A DNA stretch of 39,566 bases from Candidatus Cloacimonas sp. SDB (GTDB lineage Bacteria > Cloacimonadota > Cloacimonadia > Cloacimonadales > TCS61), in the NCBI GenBank assembly GCA_001412425.1, contig LKUH01000174.1, forward strand, positions 1 to 39,566, written 5' to 3'. The notes beneath the pieces are model-generated. The model ran no database searches, had not been told where the DNA came from, and was given only the letters and a program-made list of their open reading frames with translations. Positions within the stretch are counted from its first letter, which is position 1; every line of letters begins with the position of its first letter. The translations under genes and the position numbers were made by a program. This document shows, piece after piece, positions 1 to 9,100 of the stretch.

Positions 1-6
1 GGAAAT

Positions 7-672
7 ATGAAAAAATTGAATTTACTCTTTCTCATATTAATTTCAGCCACAGTGCTTCTGGCACAGGAATCCATCGCAATTTCCCTGAAAGTAAATGGTG
101 ATGTGAATTTGACCAGGGCGGAAAAAATTAGCAGTCTGCAAACAGGATATGAGTTATTCAGTAAAGACCTGCTGGAAAGCAATGAGGACTCCTTTGCGGC
201 CCTAAAGTTCATTGATGGCAGCACTATTGTAAAGTTGTTTCCGCGCAGTATTTTGGAAATTTTTGCCGTGGCGGAAAAGGGGAAATTAAACAAGAGATCT
301 AAACTTGATCTGGGAGAATTATGGTCCAGAGTGGACCCCGGAAGCGGTGACTTTGAAATTGAAACTCCCACCACCGTAGTCTCGGTTAAGGGAACTCAAT
401 TTTTGCTGGAAGTTGATAAAGACGGAGCTACCACCCTTTATACTGTAACCGGAAAAGTGGAAATGAAAAATAAGACAGATGAACAGGTTGTACTTGTGAA
501 CGAAGGAGAAAAAGCATATTCTACCGGAACGGGGTTGATTGAAGTTTCACCTTACGAGCTGGAAGAGATCGAAGAAAATATTGAGGATATAATTGAAAAG
601 ACCCAGACACTGGAGATCAAACTGGAAAATGCCGAGGGTGAAGAGAAAACAATTTTCATAGAATTAGAATGA
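7..672 (+). CDS. Secreted FecR-domain protein (periplasmic FecR-like, no anti-sigma or TM part)
   Basis: The ATG is at 7. The N-terminus is a signal peptide (MKKLNLLFLILISATVLLAQ). A beta-rich core containing VSVKGTQFLLEV resembles FecR (PF04773-type) domains. The next gene starts 11 nt downstream, consistent with an operon. Confidence 0.7.
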   Translation: MKKLNLLFLILISATVLLAQESIAISLKVNGDVNLTRAEKISSLQTGYELFSKDLLESNEDSFAALKFIDGSTIVKLFPRSILEIFAVAEKGKLNKRSKLDLGELWSRVDPGSGDFEIETPTTVVSVKGTQFLLEVDKDGATTLYTVTGKVEMKNKTDEQVVLVNEGEKAYSTGTGLIEVSPYELEEIEENIEDIIEKTQTLEIKLENAEGEEKTIFIELE

Positions 673-682
673 GGGTAAAATA

Positions 683-3067
683 ATGAAAAAATTATTTATC
701 TTACTCTTTTTGTTCCAAATTTGCCTGATCTATTCGTTAACTTTTCAACATTTACCGCCAGCCTCTTTTTATGAAAATGAAAAAGCTGTTATTCAACTGG
801 AGATCAGAAGCGGATTCAATCACATAAAAAAAGTAGAATTCCTTTATAGGAGAACTGGAGAAATTAACTTTTCCGGCAAAGATATGGTGGCTGGAAGTGA
901 AACTGATCCATTTTATACCTGCACCCTTCAGGATCTGTCAGTTTATGGTAGTGGAATAGAATACTATTTTCTGATTAGAGATTTTGATGATAATGTTTTT
1001 ACTTATCCAGAGATCTCTCCACAGACCAATAGCTTCCGCTTCGGGATCATTTCCACAAAAAAAATTGAAACAGCCTTCATCCTGCTTTCACCTGATCAGA
1101 ATGTTCCGCCGGAATCTCCTGATTTCACCATCGCCATTTCTCTTTTCTCTCTGCAGAATGATCTGAAAGAGAATTCTCTGAAATTTATTTTTGATGGAAA
1201 AGACAGAACACATGTTGCCAGGATAACTAAAAATATGTTAATTTATCAGGTTCAGGAAGCTGCTCCCGGTAATCATACTTTCCAGGTTACCGCAGAACTG
1301 AAAAGCGGAGAAAAGATCAATTCCAGACAATGGTCACATCAGGTACCGGGAAGAATCAAAACTACCGAGTTTAATTATTCCGGTGATATAACTGCAGCCT
1401 CGAGGATCAGAAGAACAAATTCTGAGACTGAAGATACGAAAGATGAGAACCACAGTCTGTTGATGAATCTGAGGGGAAACTATAAAAAACTGGATATGCG
1501 TTCCAGGATTTATCTCTCTTCCCGGGAAGATAGCGATGATCAGGCAGTTAATCGGTACAACATCAGGCTGAAAATACCGCATCTGGAATTTATCGGAGGC
1601 GATCATTCTCCTTATTTTGGTATTTTTTCAGCTAATGGTAAGAATCTACGCGGGATTCATACCAATGTTCTGTTCCGCAATTTCCGTTTTTATTTTTCTT
1701 TCGGGAGTATTTATCGGAGCGTAAACGGCAAAGCGGATACCACTTATGCCGGTCAGAATTACACAACCTACTCAGGAAGTACATTTAAAAGAAATTCACT
1801 GGCTTTAAGAACTGAAGTAGGAACCAGAGAATTACTGCAGTGGGGGTTGAGTTTTTCGAAAACCAGGGATGAGGAAGCTTCCTTAAAAAAGAAATACTAT
1901 ATCACCCAAACAGACAGTATGCCCTCAATTACTCCCAAAGATAATATTGTTCTGGCATCGGACCTGAGACTGGCACTGAACAATCAAAGGCTGATTATGG
2001 GCCTGGAATGGGCTATGAGCATGTATAACGATAACATAATAGGAGGAGCAGTTGATAAGGATTCCTTGGAATCCGATCTGGGAGAAGAGCTGCCCTTCGA
2101 CCCTGAAAGCCTGGAACATATTTTTGTGATCAATAAAAATGTTTCACCCATTATTCCAAATCTTTCCAGTATGGCTTATAATCTTTACTTGAAATGGCTG
2201 CTGAAGAATAATCTTTTAAGTCTATCCTATTCGGCCATCGGTGCCAGTTTTAATTCTCTGGCTGCCAATTTTCTGACTAAAGATACCCGTATTCTAAGTA
2301 TTTACGATAATTTGAATTTGATGAGAAATAGACTGATCCTCAGTTTGGGGGTGAATCTTTATTCCGATAACGTCTATGATGAGAAAGAATATACGTTTAA
2401 TTCCTCCAACATTTTCACTCAGATAATGTATCGCCCTTTAGGACTGCCATATTTCAGCCTGATGTTTACCAGCAACAGTTCCGGCAATGATCAGGAAAAT
2501 GCAGCAGATGAAGAAGCTCTGCAGGAGCTTGATCTCAGCAGCAATACCATCAATTTTAATACCGGCTATTATGTGAATACCATCACTTTTGCTCCTACTT
2601 TATTTACTTTAGCTGTCAGTAATAACCTTTATAAAGATGAAGCTCAAGGTTCTTTCGAATACAGGAGAAACAGTTTCAGTCTTTCTGCCAGCAGTGATTT
2701 CTCGAAGCTTCCTGTGAAAACTCTGGTAACTTATACCTTTGCTGCGAAAAAGGATATAATAGAATCTTATGGAACTTCCAAAGCTGATACTGATAATTTT
2801 GAATCCAGCTATAATTCAATTTATTTAAGAGCTAATTTCTCTTTTCAGGAAGATAAATATAAACCTTATGCCGACCTGAGGCTTTCTGCCGAAAGCGGTG
2901 ATCAGAAGCAGAAATCCACCATGGCAAATATCGGCATAACAGCCAGCATTTCTAAGGTTTTGACCTTGAAGTCTTCCTTAGGAATGGCAAACTATGATAA
3001 TGAAGATCTGGAAAATGAAGCTTATTCCAGATTAAACTTCAGGATCAATCTTAAATACAAATTTTAA
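683..3067 (+). CDS. Putative outer-membrane beta-barrel protein (family not recognised)
   Basis: A GAGGG RBS precedes ATG 683, and the protein starts with a signal peptide. The 794-aa sequence has a long C-terminal half of alternating hydrophobic and polar strands. It ends in ...INLKYKF; a terminal Phe is the classic OMP/BAM signature. I saw no plug domain or TonB box. Confidence 0.55.
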   Translation: MKKLFILLFLFQICLIYSLTFQHLPPASFYENEKAVIQLEIRSGFNHIKKVEFLYRRTGEINFSGKDMVAGSETDPFYTCTLQDLSVYGSGIEYYFLIRDFDDNVFTYPEISPQTNSFRFGIISTKKIETAFILLSPDQNVPPESPDFTIAISLFSLQNDLKENSLKFIFDGKDRTHVARITKNMLIYQVQEAAPGNHTFQVTAELKSGEKINSRQWSHQVPGRIKTTEFNYSGDITAASRIRRTNSETEDTKDENHSLLMNLRGNYKKLDMRSRIYLSSREDSDDQAVNRYNIRLKIPHLEFIGGDHSPYFGIFSANGKNLRGIHTNVLFRNFRFYFSFGSIYRSVNGKADTTYAGQNYTTYSGSTFKRNSLALRTEVGTRELLQWGLSFSKTRDEEASLKKKYYITQTDSMPSITPKDNIVLASDLRLALNNQRLIMGLEWAMSMYNDNIIGGAVDKDSLESDLGEELPFDPESLEHIFVINKNVSPIIPNLSSMAYNLYLKWLLKNNLLSLSYSAIGASFNSLAANFLTKDTRILSIYDNLNLMRNRLILSLGVNLYSDNVYDEKEYTFNSSNIFTQIMYRPLGLPYFSLMFTSNSSGNDQENAADEEALQELDLSSNTINFNTGYYVNTITFAPTLFTLAVSNNLYKDEAQGSFEYRRNSFSLSASSDFSKLPVKTLVTYTFAAKKDIIESYGTSKADTDNFESSYNSIYLRANFSFQEDKYKPYADLRLSAESGDQKQKSTMANIGITASISKVLTLKSSLGMANYDNEDLENEAYSRLNFRINLKYKF

Positions 3068-3081
3068 GAAGAGGAGAACTG

Positions 3082-4989
3082 ATGAAATTTTTACGATTAG
3101 CTTTAATAGCAATACTGATAACTGTTGTCATGAAAGTGATCTTTATCACTGATTTCTGGCAGATTCTGGAATACAAAGTTCAGGATAATCATTTTCTGCT
3201 GCGCGGTCCTCAGGAAGTCTCGGATGAAATAATTATCATAGAGATCGGTGACGATACCTTTAGTTCTCTAAACGAACAGTGGCCCTTTCCCCGTGGCTAC
3301 TATGCCCATCTCATCGAAAATTTAGAAAGAGCTGGTGCGAAACAGATAATTTTTGATCTGGAATTTACTGAACCTTCAACTATAGAAGAGGACATGAAAC
3401 TTGCCAGGAAAGCTTCAGAATACAAAAACCTGATCTTTGCCGGTAAAATCATTAAAGAGTACAGAGATAATTATATCAAAGAACAGATTCTGCCCCCCAT
3501 AAATGAATTAATAGATAACGGCGCCCTCTGGGGAACAGTGAATATTTCACTGGAAAAGGACGGATTTGTCAGAAAATATGAATTATTTCAGCCAGTTAAG
3601 CAAGGAGAAGTCTACTCGATCGGAATATTGTCTCTGGCAACTCTGCACAGTGATGTAAACTGGCAGGAACAGATCAATAACGGCAGATCATTCTTCAAAG
3701 TCAGAAATAAATTCATTCCTAAAGATTCTTATAGAAGCGCCAGATTGAATTTCTACGGACCAGCTAACAGCTTTAAACATTACGATTTCGCTGATGTTCT
3801 GGACGATGCAGGCTTTGAACTTCCCAAAAAATACGATATCGACAGCTTTGAGATCTATCTGGAAAATGGAGATTTTAAAGATAAGATCGTACTGATTGGT
3901 GCAACTGCCGATGAATTTCATGACAATCATAACACACCTTTTTCGGGTCAGACCAGAAAGCTGATGCCAGGAGTGGAAGTGCATGCCAACTTCATTCAAA
4001 TGGTTCTGGATGAAAATTTTCTGACCAGTTTTTCCGGTTTTTATTTTTTCATCATCCTCCTGATTGCAGGAATAATTTTGCTGATGATGAATTTTTATAT
4101 AAGACCCTCAAGATCGGTTTTTGTTAATCTGCTTTTCTTTATCGGATGGTTCATTTTTGCCTACTTGCTGTTCAAAAATCAAAATACAGTGATTTCCAGC
4201 CTGGAAATTCCGGCTCTAATACTGGTGATGTTTGTGGTAGGGCTGGTTTTTCAGTATATAAAAACCGCAAAGGAAAGAAAATTCATAAAACAGGCTTTTA
4301 ACCAATACATGGCACCGGAGCTGGTAAATGAATTGATCAAGGATCATCGAAAACTGGAATATGGCGGAACCCAGAGAGAGATATCTGTGCTTTTCGCCGA
4401 TATCAGGGATTTTACCAATTACACCGAGAGTCATTCTCCCAAAGAGACTGTTACGATCCTGCAGGAATATTTAACTGCTATGGTTCAGGTGCTTCGAGAA
4501 AATAAAGGCACTATCGATAAATTTGTCGGCGATGCGATAATTGCCATATTCGGTGATCCGGTTGCCCTGGATAACCATGCTTACTGGGCTTGTAAAGCTG
4601 CTTTGGAAATGAGACAGAAATTTAACGAGCTGAGAGAAAAATGGGCTAAGGAGAAAAAAGATGTTTTTGAGATCGGGATAGGCGTTAACAGCGGATCTGC
4701 GACTGTGGGAAATCTGGGTTCCGAACAGATCTTTGATTATACCGCTATTGGAGATACTATGAATTCCGGCGCAAGGATCGAAGATCTGAATAAACAATAT
4801 GAAACCAGTAACAAAATCCTGATAAGCGAACCTACCTTTCTGCTGGCTCAGGAACGGTTGATCGCAAATTTTATTGATGAAGTTCTGCTCAGAGGAAAAG
4901 CTGATACAATCAAGATCTATGAACTTATCGGACTCAAATCGGAAATTGACACAAAAAAAAATAAAATGGAGAGAAAGGATGAAGGTTAA
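3082..4989 (+). CDS. CHASE2 sensor-domain class III adenylate/guanylate cyclase
   Basis: A GAGGAG RBS precedes the start. The layout is an N-terminal TM helix, a roughly 290-aa extracytoplasmic CHASE2-like region, three TM helices (FYFFIILLIAGIILLMMNF..., FVNLLFFIGWFIFAYLLF, PALILVMFVVGLVF), then a cyclase catalytic domain (ISVLFADIRDFTNYTE, KFVGDAIIAIFG, IGIGVNSGSATVGNLGS, DYTAIGDTMNSGARIE). Confidence 0.9.
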   Translation: MKFLRLALIAILITVVMKVIFITDFWQILEYKVQDNHFLLRGPQEVSDEIIIIEIGDDTFSSLNEQWPFPRGYYAHLIENLERAGAKQIIFDLEFTEPSTIEEDMKLARKASEYKNLIFAGKIIKEYRDNYIKEQILPPINELIDNGALWGTVNISLEKDGFVRKYELFQPVKQGEVYSIGILSLATLHSDVNWQEQINNGRSFFKVRNKFIPKDSYRSARLNFYGPANSFKHYDFADVLDDAGFELPKKYDIDSFEIYLENGDFKDKIVLIGATADEFHDNHNTPFSGQTRKLMPGVEVHANFIQMVLDENFLTSFSGFYFFIILLIAGIILLMMNFYIRPSRSVFVNLLFFIGWFIFAYLLFKNQNTVISSLEIPALILVMFVVGLVFQYIKTAKERKFIKQAFNQYMAPELVNELIKDHRKLEYGGTQREISVLFADIRDFTNYTESHSPKETVTILQEYLTAMVQVLRENKGTIDKFVGDAIIAIFGDPVALDNHAYWACKAALEMRQKFNELREKWAKEKKDVFEIGIGVNSGSATVGNLGSEQIFDYTAIGDTMNSGARIEDLNKQYETSNKILISEPTFLLAQERLIANFIDEVLLRGKADTIKIYELIGLKSEIDTKKNKMERKDEG

Positions 4990-5518
4990 AAGCACAATTA
5001 TGGATTCCAAGCAGATCGATCGATCACTTAAAAGAATGGCTTATGAGATTATCGAACACAACCGGGGACTTAAGGATGTGTGCCTTGTCGGCATTAAAAG
5101 CAGAGGTGTGCCCATGGCAGAACGACTGGAAAAATATATCGCAGAATTTGAAAATATCAAACTGCCGGTTGGTATTCTGGATATCTCGCTCTACCGGGAT
5201 GATCTCTCATTAATTGCCAACCAGCCTATCATGAACGATTCATATATAGATTTTGAAGTTAAAGAAAAAAAAATTATCCTAATGGATGATGTGCTTTATA
5301 CTGGCAGAACAGTTAGAGCAGCTATTGACGGTGTTCTTGCTTATGGCAGACCCAGAAATATTCAGCTTTGTGTGCTTATTGACAGAGGTCACCATGAAAT
5401 GCCGGTAAAACCTGACTTCGTCGGGAAAGAAGTTCCTACTTCTGCTGAAGAGATCATCAAAGTATCCTTCCTTGAAACAGATAAAGAAGACAATGTCAAG
5501 ATCATGGTTTTAGATTAA
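4979..5518 (+). CDS. pyrR: Bifunctional pyrimidine regulatory protein / uracil phosphoribosyltransferase PyrR
   Basis: Characteristic motifs include DSKQIDRSLKRMAYEIIE, LVGIKSRGVPMA and the PRPP loop ILMDDVLYTGRTVRAA. I chose ATG 4979, which follows GGAGAGAAAGG, over the upstream ORF-track start at 4874. That start overlaps the cyclase stop by 11 nt. Confidence 0.85.
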   Translation: MKVKSTIMDSKQIDRSLKRMAYEIIEHNRGLKDVCLVGIKSRGVPMAERLEKYIAEFENIKLPVGILDISLYRDDLSLIANQPIMNDSYIDFEVKEKKIILMDDVLYTGRTVRAAIDGVLAYGRPRNIQLCVLIDRGHHEMPVKPDFVGKEVPTSAEEIIKVSFLETDKEDNVKIMVLD

Positions 5519-5564
5519 AGTTAAGAGTGTGAACCTTGAAAGAAACTGGAGGAGCGGTAAGATT

Positions 5565-6269
5565 ATGAATTACAGATCAATAACCATAATTGCTGCGAGT
5601 ATAATTATTGCATCTCTTATTCTGGGAATATTTTTTTATGCTGCCAGGGTGAATCTGGATACTGTTCGAGTAGTAGGTTATTCCACTAATGCCTATGAAG
5701 CAGATATAATTAAATGGAGTTTTAATTTATCAGTTCTAACTTCTCTGACAGAATTGGAAAAGGGATATAAGGAGATAAATGACAAACTCAACACTTTCCT
5801 GGAAAACTGGAATAAACTGGAAATTGAGACTTCAGATTTCAATATCAATCCTGTTTCTGTATACAAAAATTACGGGGAATACGGCAAAGTGAGCGGATAT
5901 ACTCTGGAACAGCGGATATTTCTGGTTTCCGACTCTCTGGATAGGGTAGAAGAAATTGCTGTCAATCCTGCCTATTTTGTCGAAAAAGGGATAACTTTTG
6001 AATATTCCAAAATTGAATATTTTTCGTCCCATCTTCCGGAAATAAAACAGCAGCTACTGGCAGCGGCTACAATTGATGCCCGTGAAAGAGCACAGGAAAT
6101 TGTTGAAGCTGCTGACTCGAAGATCAAAAAAATGAGATCTGCCCGGGCAGGTGTGTTTCAGATCACCGAGCCTTACTCAACTGATGTTTCAGGATACGGA
6201 ATTCATCAGACGTCAACCCGGAATAAAAATATTAAAGTTACCGTAACAGCCGAATTTGTTATAAAATAA
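5565..6269 (+). CDS. SIMPL (DUF541) domain protein with N-terminal membrane anchor
   Basis: ATG 5565 has a GGAGG about 10 nt upstream, so I prefer it to GTG 5529. The protein has a TM anchor (ITIIAASIIIASLILGIFFYAA). Its C-terminal part, ARERAQEIVEAA...RAGVFQI...KVTVTAEFVI, is typical of SIMPL/oxidative-stress-defence-like proteins. Confidence 0.6.
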   Translation: MNYRSITIIAASIIIASLILGIFFYAARVNLDTVRVVGYSTNAYEADIIKWSFNLSVLTSLTELEKGYKEINDKLNTFLENWNKLEIETSDFNINPVSVYKNYGEYGKVSGYTLEQRIFLVSDSLDRVEEIAVNPAYFVEKGITFEYSKIEYFSSHLPEIKQQLLAAATIDARERAQEIVEAADSKIKKMRSARAGVFQITEPYSTDVSGYGIHQTSTRNKNIKVTVTAEFVIK

Positions 6270-6350
6270 TCCTGAAAATTAATTTTCCCGGAATATAAGA
6301 GCAGGATCCTTATTGAACAAAATTTCCCTCCCTATCAGATTTGTAATAAT

Positions 6351-6377
6351 TTAGCAATCATATAGTCCGAGTGCTAA
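6351..6377 (+). promoter_or_regulatory. CIRCE operator (HrcA binding site) upstream of htpG
   Basis: TTAGCAATC-ATATAGTCC-GAGTGCTAA matches the CIRCE consensus TTAGCACTC-N9-GAGTGCTAA at 17 of 18 positions with the exact 9-nt spacer. An extended -10-like TGTAATAAT lies at 6342-6350, directly upstream. A TTGACA lies at 6386-6391, downstream. The htpG ATG is at 6442. Confidence 0.8.
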
Positions 6378-6441
6378 AAAACTATTTGACAAATTAGAGC
6401 TTAAATTTAATTTATCTCTTAAAAAAAAGCAGGAGTAATCT

Positions 6442-8445
6442 ATGGTACAAGAGCAGAAGAAAAGCGGAAAATTGCAAATCCATACAGAGAATATATTTCC
6501 CATAATTAAGAAGTGGCTTTATTCGGAGCATGATATCTTTTTAAGAGAGTTAATTTCTAATTCCATTGATGCCATGCAGAAGCGTAAAGCTTTGGAACCT
6601 GAATTGAAAGATGAAGAGCTGAAAGTGCAGATCAAAGTTAATAAAAAGAAGAAAACCATCGAGGTTATTGATAACGGGATCGGCATGACAGCCACGGAGA
6701 TCAAAAAATACATCAATCAGATTGCTTTTTCAGGCGCGGAAGATTTTGTCGAAAAGTTTAAAGATAAACAAGCAGCCATAATCGGTCATTTCGGATTAGG
6801 CTTCTATTCTTCTTTTATGGTTGCGGAAAGAGTTACCATTGATTCTCTTTCTTACAAAAAAGGGACAAAGCCGGCATACTGGGAATGTGAAGGTGACACG
6901 GAATATAAGTTGAAAGAAGGTAGCCGGAAAAAGGTTGGTACAACTGTAACTGTCTATTTGAATAAGGATAACCTCGAATATCTGGAAGATCACAAGATCA
7001 AAGAGATCGTAGAAAAATACAGCAATTTCATGCCTTTTTCAATTGAATTCAATAAAGAGGTATTGAATCAGAAAGAAGCTCTCTGGAACCGCAAGCCTAA
7101 AGATGTAAGTGAAGAAGAATACAAGGAATTCTACAAAAAGATGTTCCACGATTACAAAGATCCCCTCTTCTGGATTCATCTGAATGTAGATTTTCCTTTC
7201 AATCTGAAGGGTATTCTCTATTTTCCGAAAATAAGCAATCAGATCGATCTCAATCAGGGTAAAGTTAAACTCTTCTGCAATAATGTTTTTGTCGCAGAAG
7301 ACCTGAAACAGGTAGTTCCCGAATTCCTGCTTTTGCTGAGGGGAGGAATTGACATTCCGGAAATACCGCTGAATGTTTCCAGAAGCTTTTTGCAGCAGGA
7401 TAAACAGGTTAAGCAGATATCGCAGTATATTATTAAAAAAATTGGTGACAGTCTGAAGGAAATTTTCCAGGAAGACCGCAAGAAATATGAAGGTTTCTGG
7501 GATGAAATCCAGCATTTTATTAAATACGGGATGCTTACTGACGAAAAATTTTATGAGATCATGAAAGATCAGGTAATTTTTAAAACTACTAATGACGACT
7601 ATGTAACAGTCCAGGAATATAAAGACAGAAATAAATCTGATGCTAAACCTTATAAGATCTTTTATGCTTCCAGTGAAGATATGCAGGTCACTTATCTTAA
7701 CCTGATGAAAGAACAGGGAATAGAGGTTATTTTTGCCAATTCCATTATGGATAACCATCTCTTCCAGCAGATGGAGATGAAGCTTCCCGAAACAAATTTT
7801 GTCAGAATTGATTCAGAGATTAACGAAAACCTCTTGTATAAAGAAAAAACTGAAGTTGTTGATGCTCAAAACAGGACTGAATCGGAGAAGATTAAAGAAA
7901 TATTCGACAGGATTTTAAATGACAAGGTTGAAGCTTCCTACAGCAAAGATGAGTATGGTGAATTCATCAAAAAGCATCCTGAAGCGGTCAATGTTCTGGC
8001 TCCATATGTTAGAAACCAGGATGATCATACTTACATTAAACCTTACGATATTCCGCCTAAAGTGAGAGCGGAGTTTGCAGAAGGTGTTTTTAATGAAATA
8101 TTGGGCAAGGCATATCTGGCTGTTAACACGGAAGTGAAGCATTTGAAAGCTGAAAATATACCTGCCATGATCGTTTTCAATGAATTTATGCGGCGTTTTC
8201 AGGAAATGAATTACCTGCAGCAGCAGGGAGAAGTGGATTTCCTCAAGAATCACACAATTATTGTTAATTCTGAAAATGAAATAATCAGGAAGATTCTAAA
8301 ATTCCAGGAAAAAGGTGAAACTGAAAAAGTGAAACTTCTGGTAAATTACATTCATGAACTGGCTTTGCTGGAACAAAAGCAGTTCAGCGGTAAAGAATTA
8401 CACGCTTTCATTGAAAAATCGAATAAAATCTTGCAGTTGCTGTAA
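6442..8445 (+). CDS. htpG: Molecular chaperone HtpG (Hsp90)
   Basis: An AGGAG RBS precedes the start. The GHKL ATPase motifs are present: LRELISNSIDA, VIDNGIGMT and IGHFGLGFYSSFMVA. The 667-aa length fits the long Bacteroidota-like form. Confidence 0.95.
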   Translation: MVQEQKKSGKLQIHTENIFPIIKKWLYSEHDIFLRELISNSIDAMQKRKALEPELKDEELKVQIKVNKKKKTIEVIDNGIGMTATEIKKYINQIAFSGAEDFVEKFKDKQAAIIGHFGLGFYSSFMVAERVTIDSLSYKKGTKPAYWECEGDTEYKLKEGSRKKVGTTVTVYLNKDNLEYLEDHKIKEIVEKYSNFMPFSIEFNKEVLNQKEALWNRKPKDVSEEEYKEFYKKMFHDYKDPLFWIHLNVDFPFNLKGILYFPKISNQIDLNQGKVKLFCNNVFVAEDLKQVVPEFLLLLRGGIDIPEIPLNVSRSFLQQDKQVKQISQYIIKKIGDSLKEIFQEDRKKYEGFWDEIQHFIKYGMLTDEKFYEIMKDQVIFKTTNDDYVTVQEYKDRNKSDAKPYKIFYASSEDMQVTYLNLMKEQGIEVIFANSIMDNHLFQQMEMKLPETNFVRIDSEINENLLYKEKTEVVDAQNRTESEKIKEIFDRILNDKVEASYSKDEYGEFIKKHPEAVNVLAPYVRNQDDHTYIKPYDIPPKVRAEFAEGVFNEILGKAYLAVNTEVKHLKAENIPAMIVFNEFMRRFQEMNYLQQQGEVDFLKNHTIIVNSENEIIRKILKFQEKGETEKVKLLVNYIHELALLEQKQFSGKELHAFIEKSNKILQLL

Positions 8446-8460
8446 GAGAAATTTATGCAT

Positions 8461-8494
8461 AAAAACCCTCATTACAATTGGAGTGAGGGTTTTT
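8461..8494. terminator. Bidirectional intrinsic terminator between convergent htpG and ogt
   Basis: AAAAA-CCCTCATT-acaattgg-AGTGAGGG-TTTTT forms an 8-bp stem with one G.U pair. It has an A-run on the left and a T-run on the right. It sits 16 nt after the htpG stop and 25 nt after the ogt stop. Confidence 0.65.
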
Positions 8495-8519
8495 CTATTA
8501 ATAGGAATAGAAAAGTTAT

Positions 8520-8999
8520 TCAGCGGGTTCTCTCCAGTTCCAGCAGCTTCTGCTTTATCTGCCTTCCACCCGCATAGCCACCCAACCGCCCATTTTTATT
8601 TATTACTCTGTGACAGGGTATAATGATGGGAAGAGGATTTCTGCTGTTAGCATATCCAACTGCTCGAGCCTTATTTATTGAGCCCGTTCGAAGAGCCAGC
8701 TCCTGATAAGAAATCGTATCTCCATAGGGTATAAGCAGCAATTCCTCCCATACCTTTTTTTGAAAAAGAGTACCTTCAGGATTTAGATCGAGTGCAAAAG
8801 TTCTTCTTTTTCCTTTCAGATATTCTTCCAGCTGTTCGGTTGCATTTAATAAGACGGGTTCAGTATTCGCAGTTGAATTTGTGAGGTAAACTGAATTTAT
8901 TTCCTGCTGCGGAAAATATATTCTGATCAATTTATTACGGCAGGAGATCAGAGTGAGTTCACCTAACTCTGTTAAAATGGTCTTAAAAGAATAATTCAT
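8520..8999 (-). CDS. ogt: Methylated-DNA--protein-cysteine methyltransferase (MGMT/Ogt)
   Basis: The active-site motif IIPCHRVI is present, along with the helix-turn-wing region IPYGDTISYQELA...NPLPIIIPCHRV and the tail GGYAGG. Length is 159 aa. Confidence 0.9.
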   Translation of the reverse strand: MNYSFKTILTELGELTLISCRNKLIRIYFPQQEINSVYLTNSTANTEPVLLNATEQLEEYLKGKRRTFALDLNPEGTLFQKKVWEELLLIPYGDTISYQELALRTGSINKARAVGYANSRNPLPIIIPCHRVINKNGRLGGYAGGRQIKQKLLELERTR

Positions 9000-9100
9000 A
9001 AAATATTCCTAAAAAAGTACATTTTCATGTATAAAGCTTTCTTCTTCACAATCATATCATAAGTTCCATGAATATATTTTTTATCTGTCTGTTGCAAAAA

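Noticed and set aside
4369-4382. ACCCAGAGAGAG, which resembles the PyrR RNA-binding loop (UCCAGAGAGG).
   Set aside because: It has two mismatches. It lies inside the cyclase coding sequence, about 600 nt before pyrR, and has no flanking anti-terminator or terminator structure. It is most likely coincidental coding sequence (...GTQREI...).
4874-4978. Upstream start codons offered by the ORF track: 4874 for pyrR, 5529 for the SIMPL gene, 11337 for the FG-GAP gene, 14092 for the phosphoesterase gene, 14320 for the EBP gene, 15866 for the first receiver gene and 22847 for the LTD protein gene.
   Set aside because: In each case an internal ATG has a much better Shine-Dalgarno at 5-10 nt spacing. 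The internal start also gives an N-terminus that begins at the expected signal peptide or conserved domain. Several of the upstream starts are TTG or GTG codons without an RBS.
4471-5010. Long antisense or alternative-frame ORFs in the six-frame track. Examples are 4471-5010(-), 7039-7758(-), 11486-12043(+), 36592-37167(-), 26904-27293(-), 20943-21329(+), 24140-24592(-), 38399-38842(-), 8354-8623(+) and 9213-9479(+).
   Set aside because: Each one lies inside or opposite a gene with strong family motifs. None has an RBS or a recognisable motif. Their low-complexity or odd amino-acid composition is typical of shadow ORFs in AT-rich DNA.
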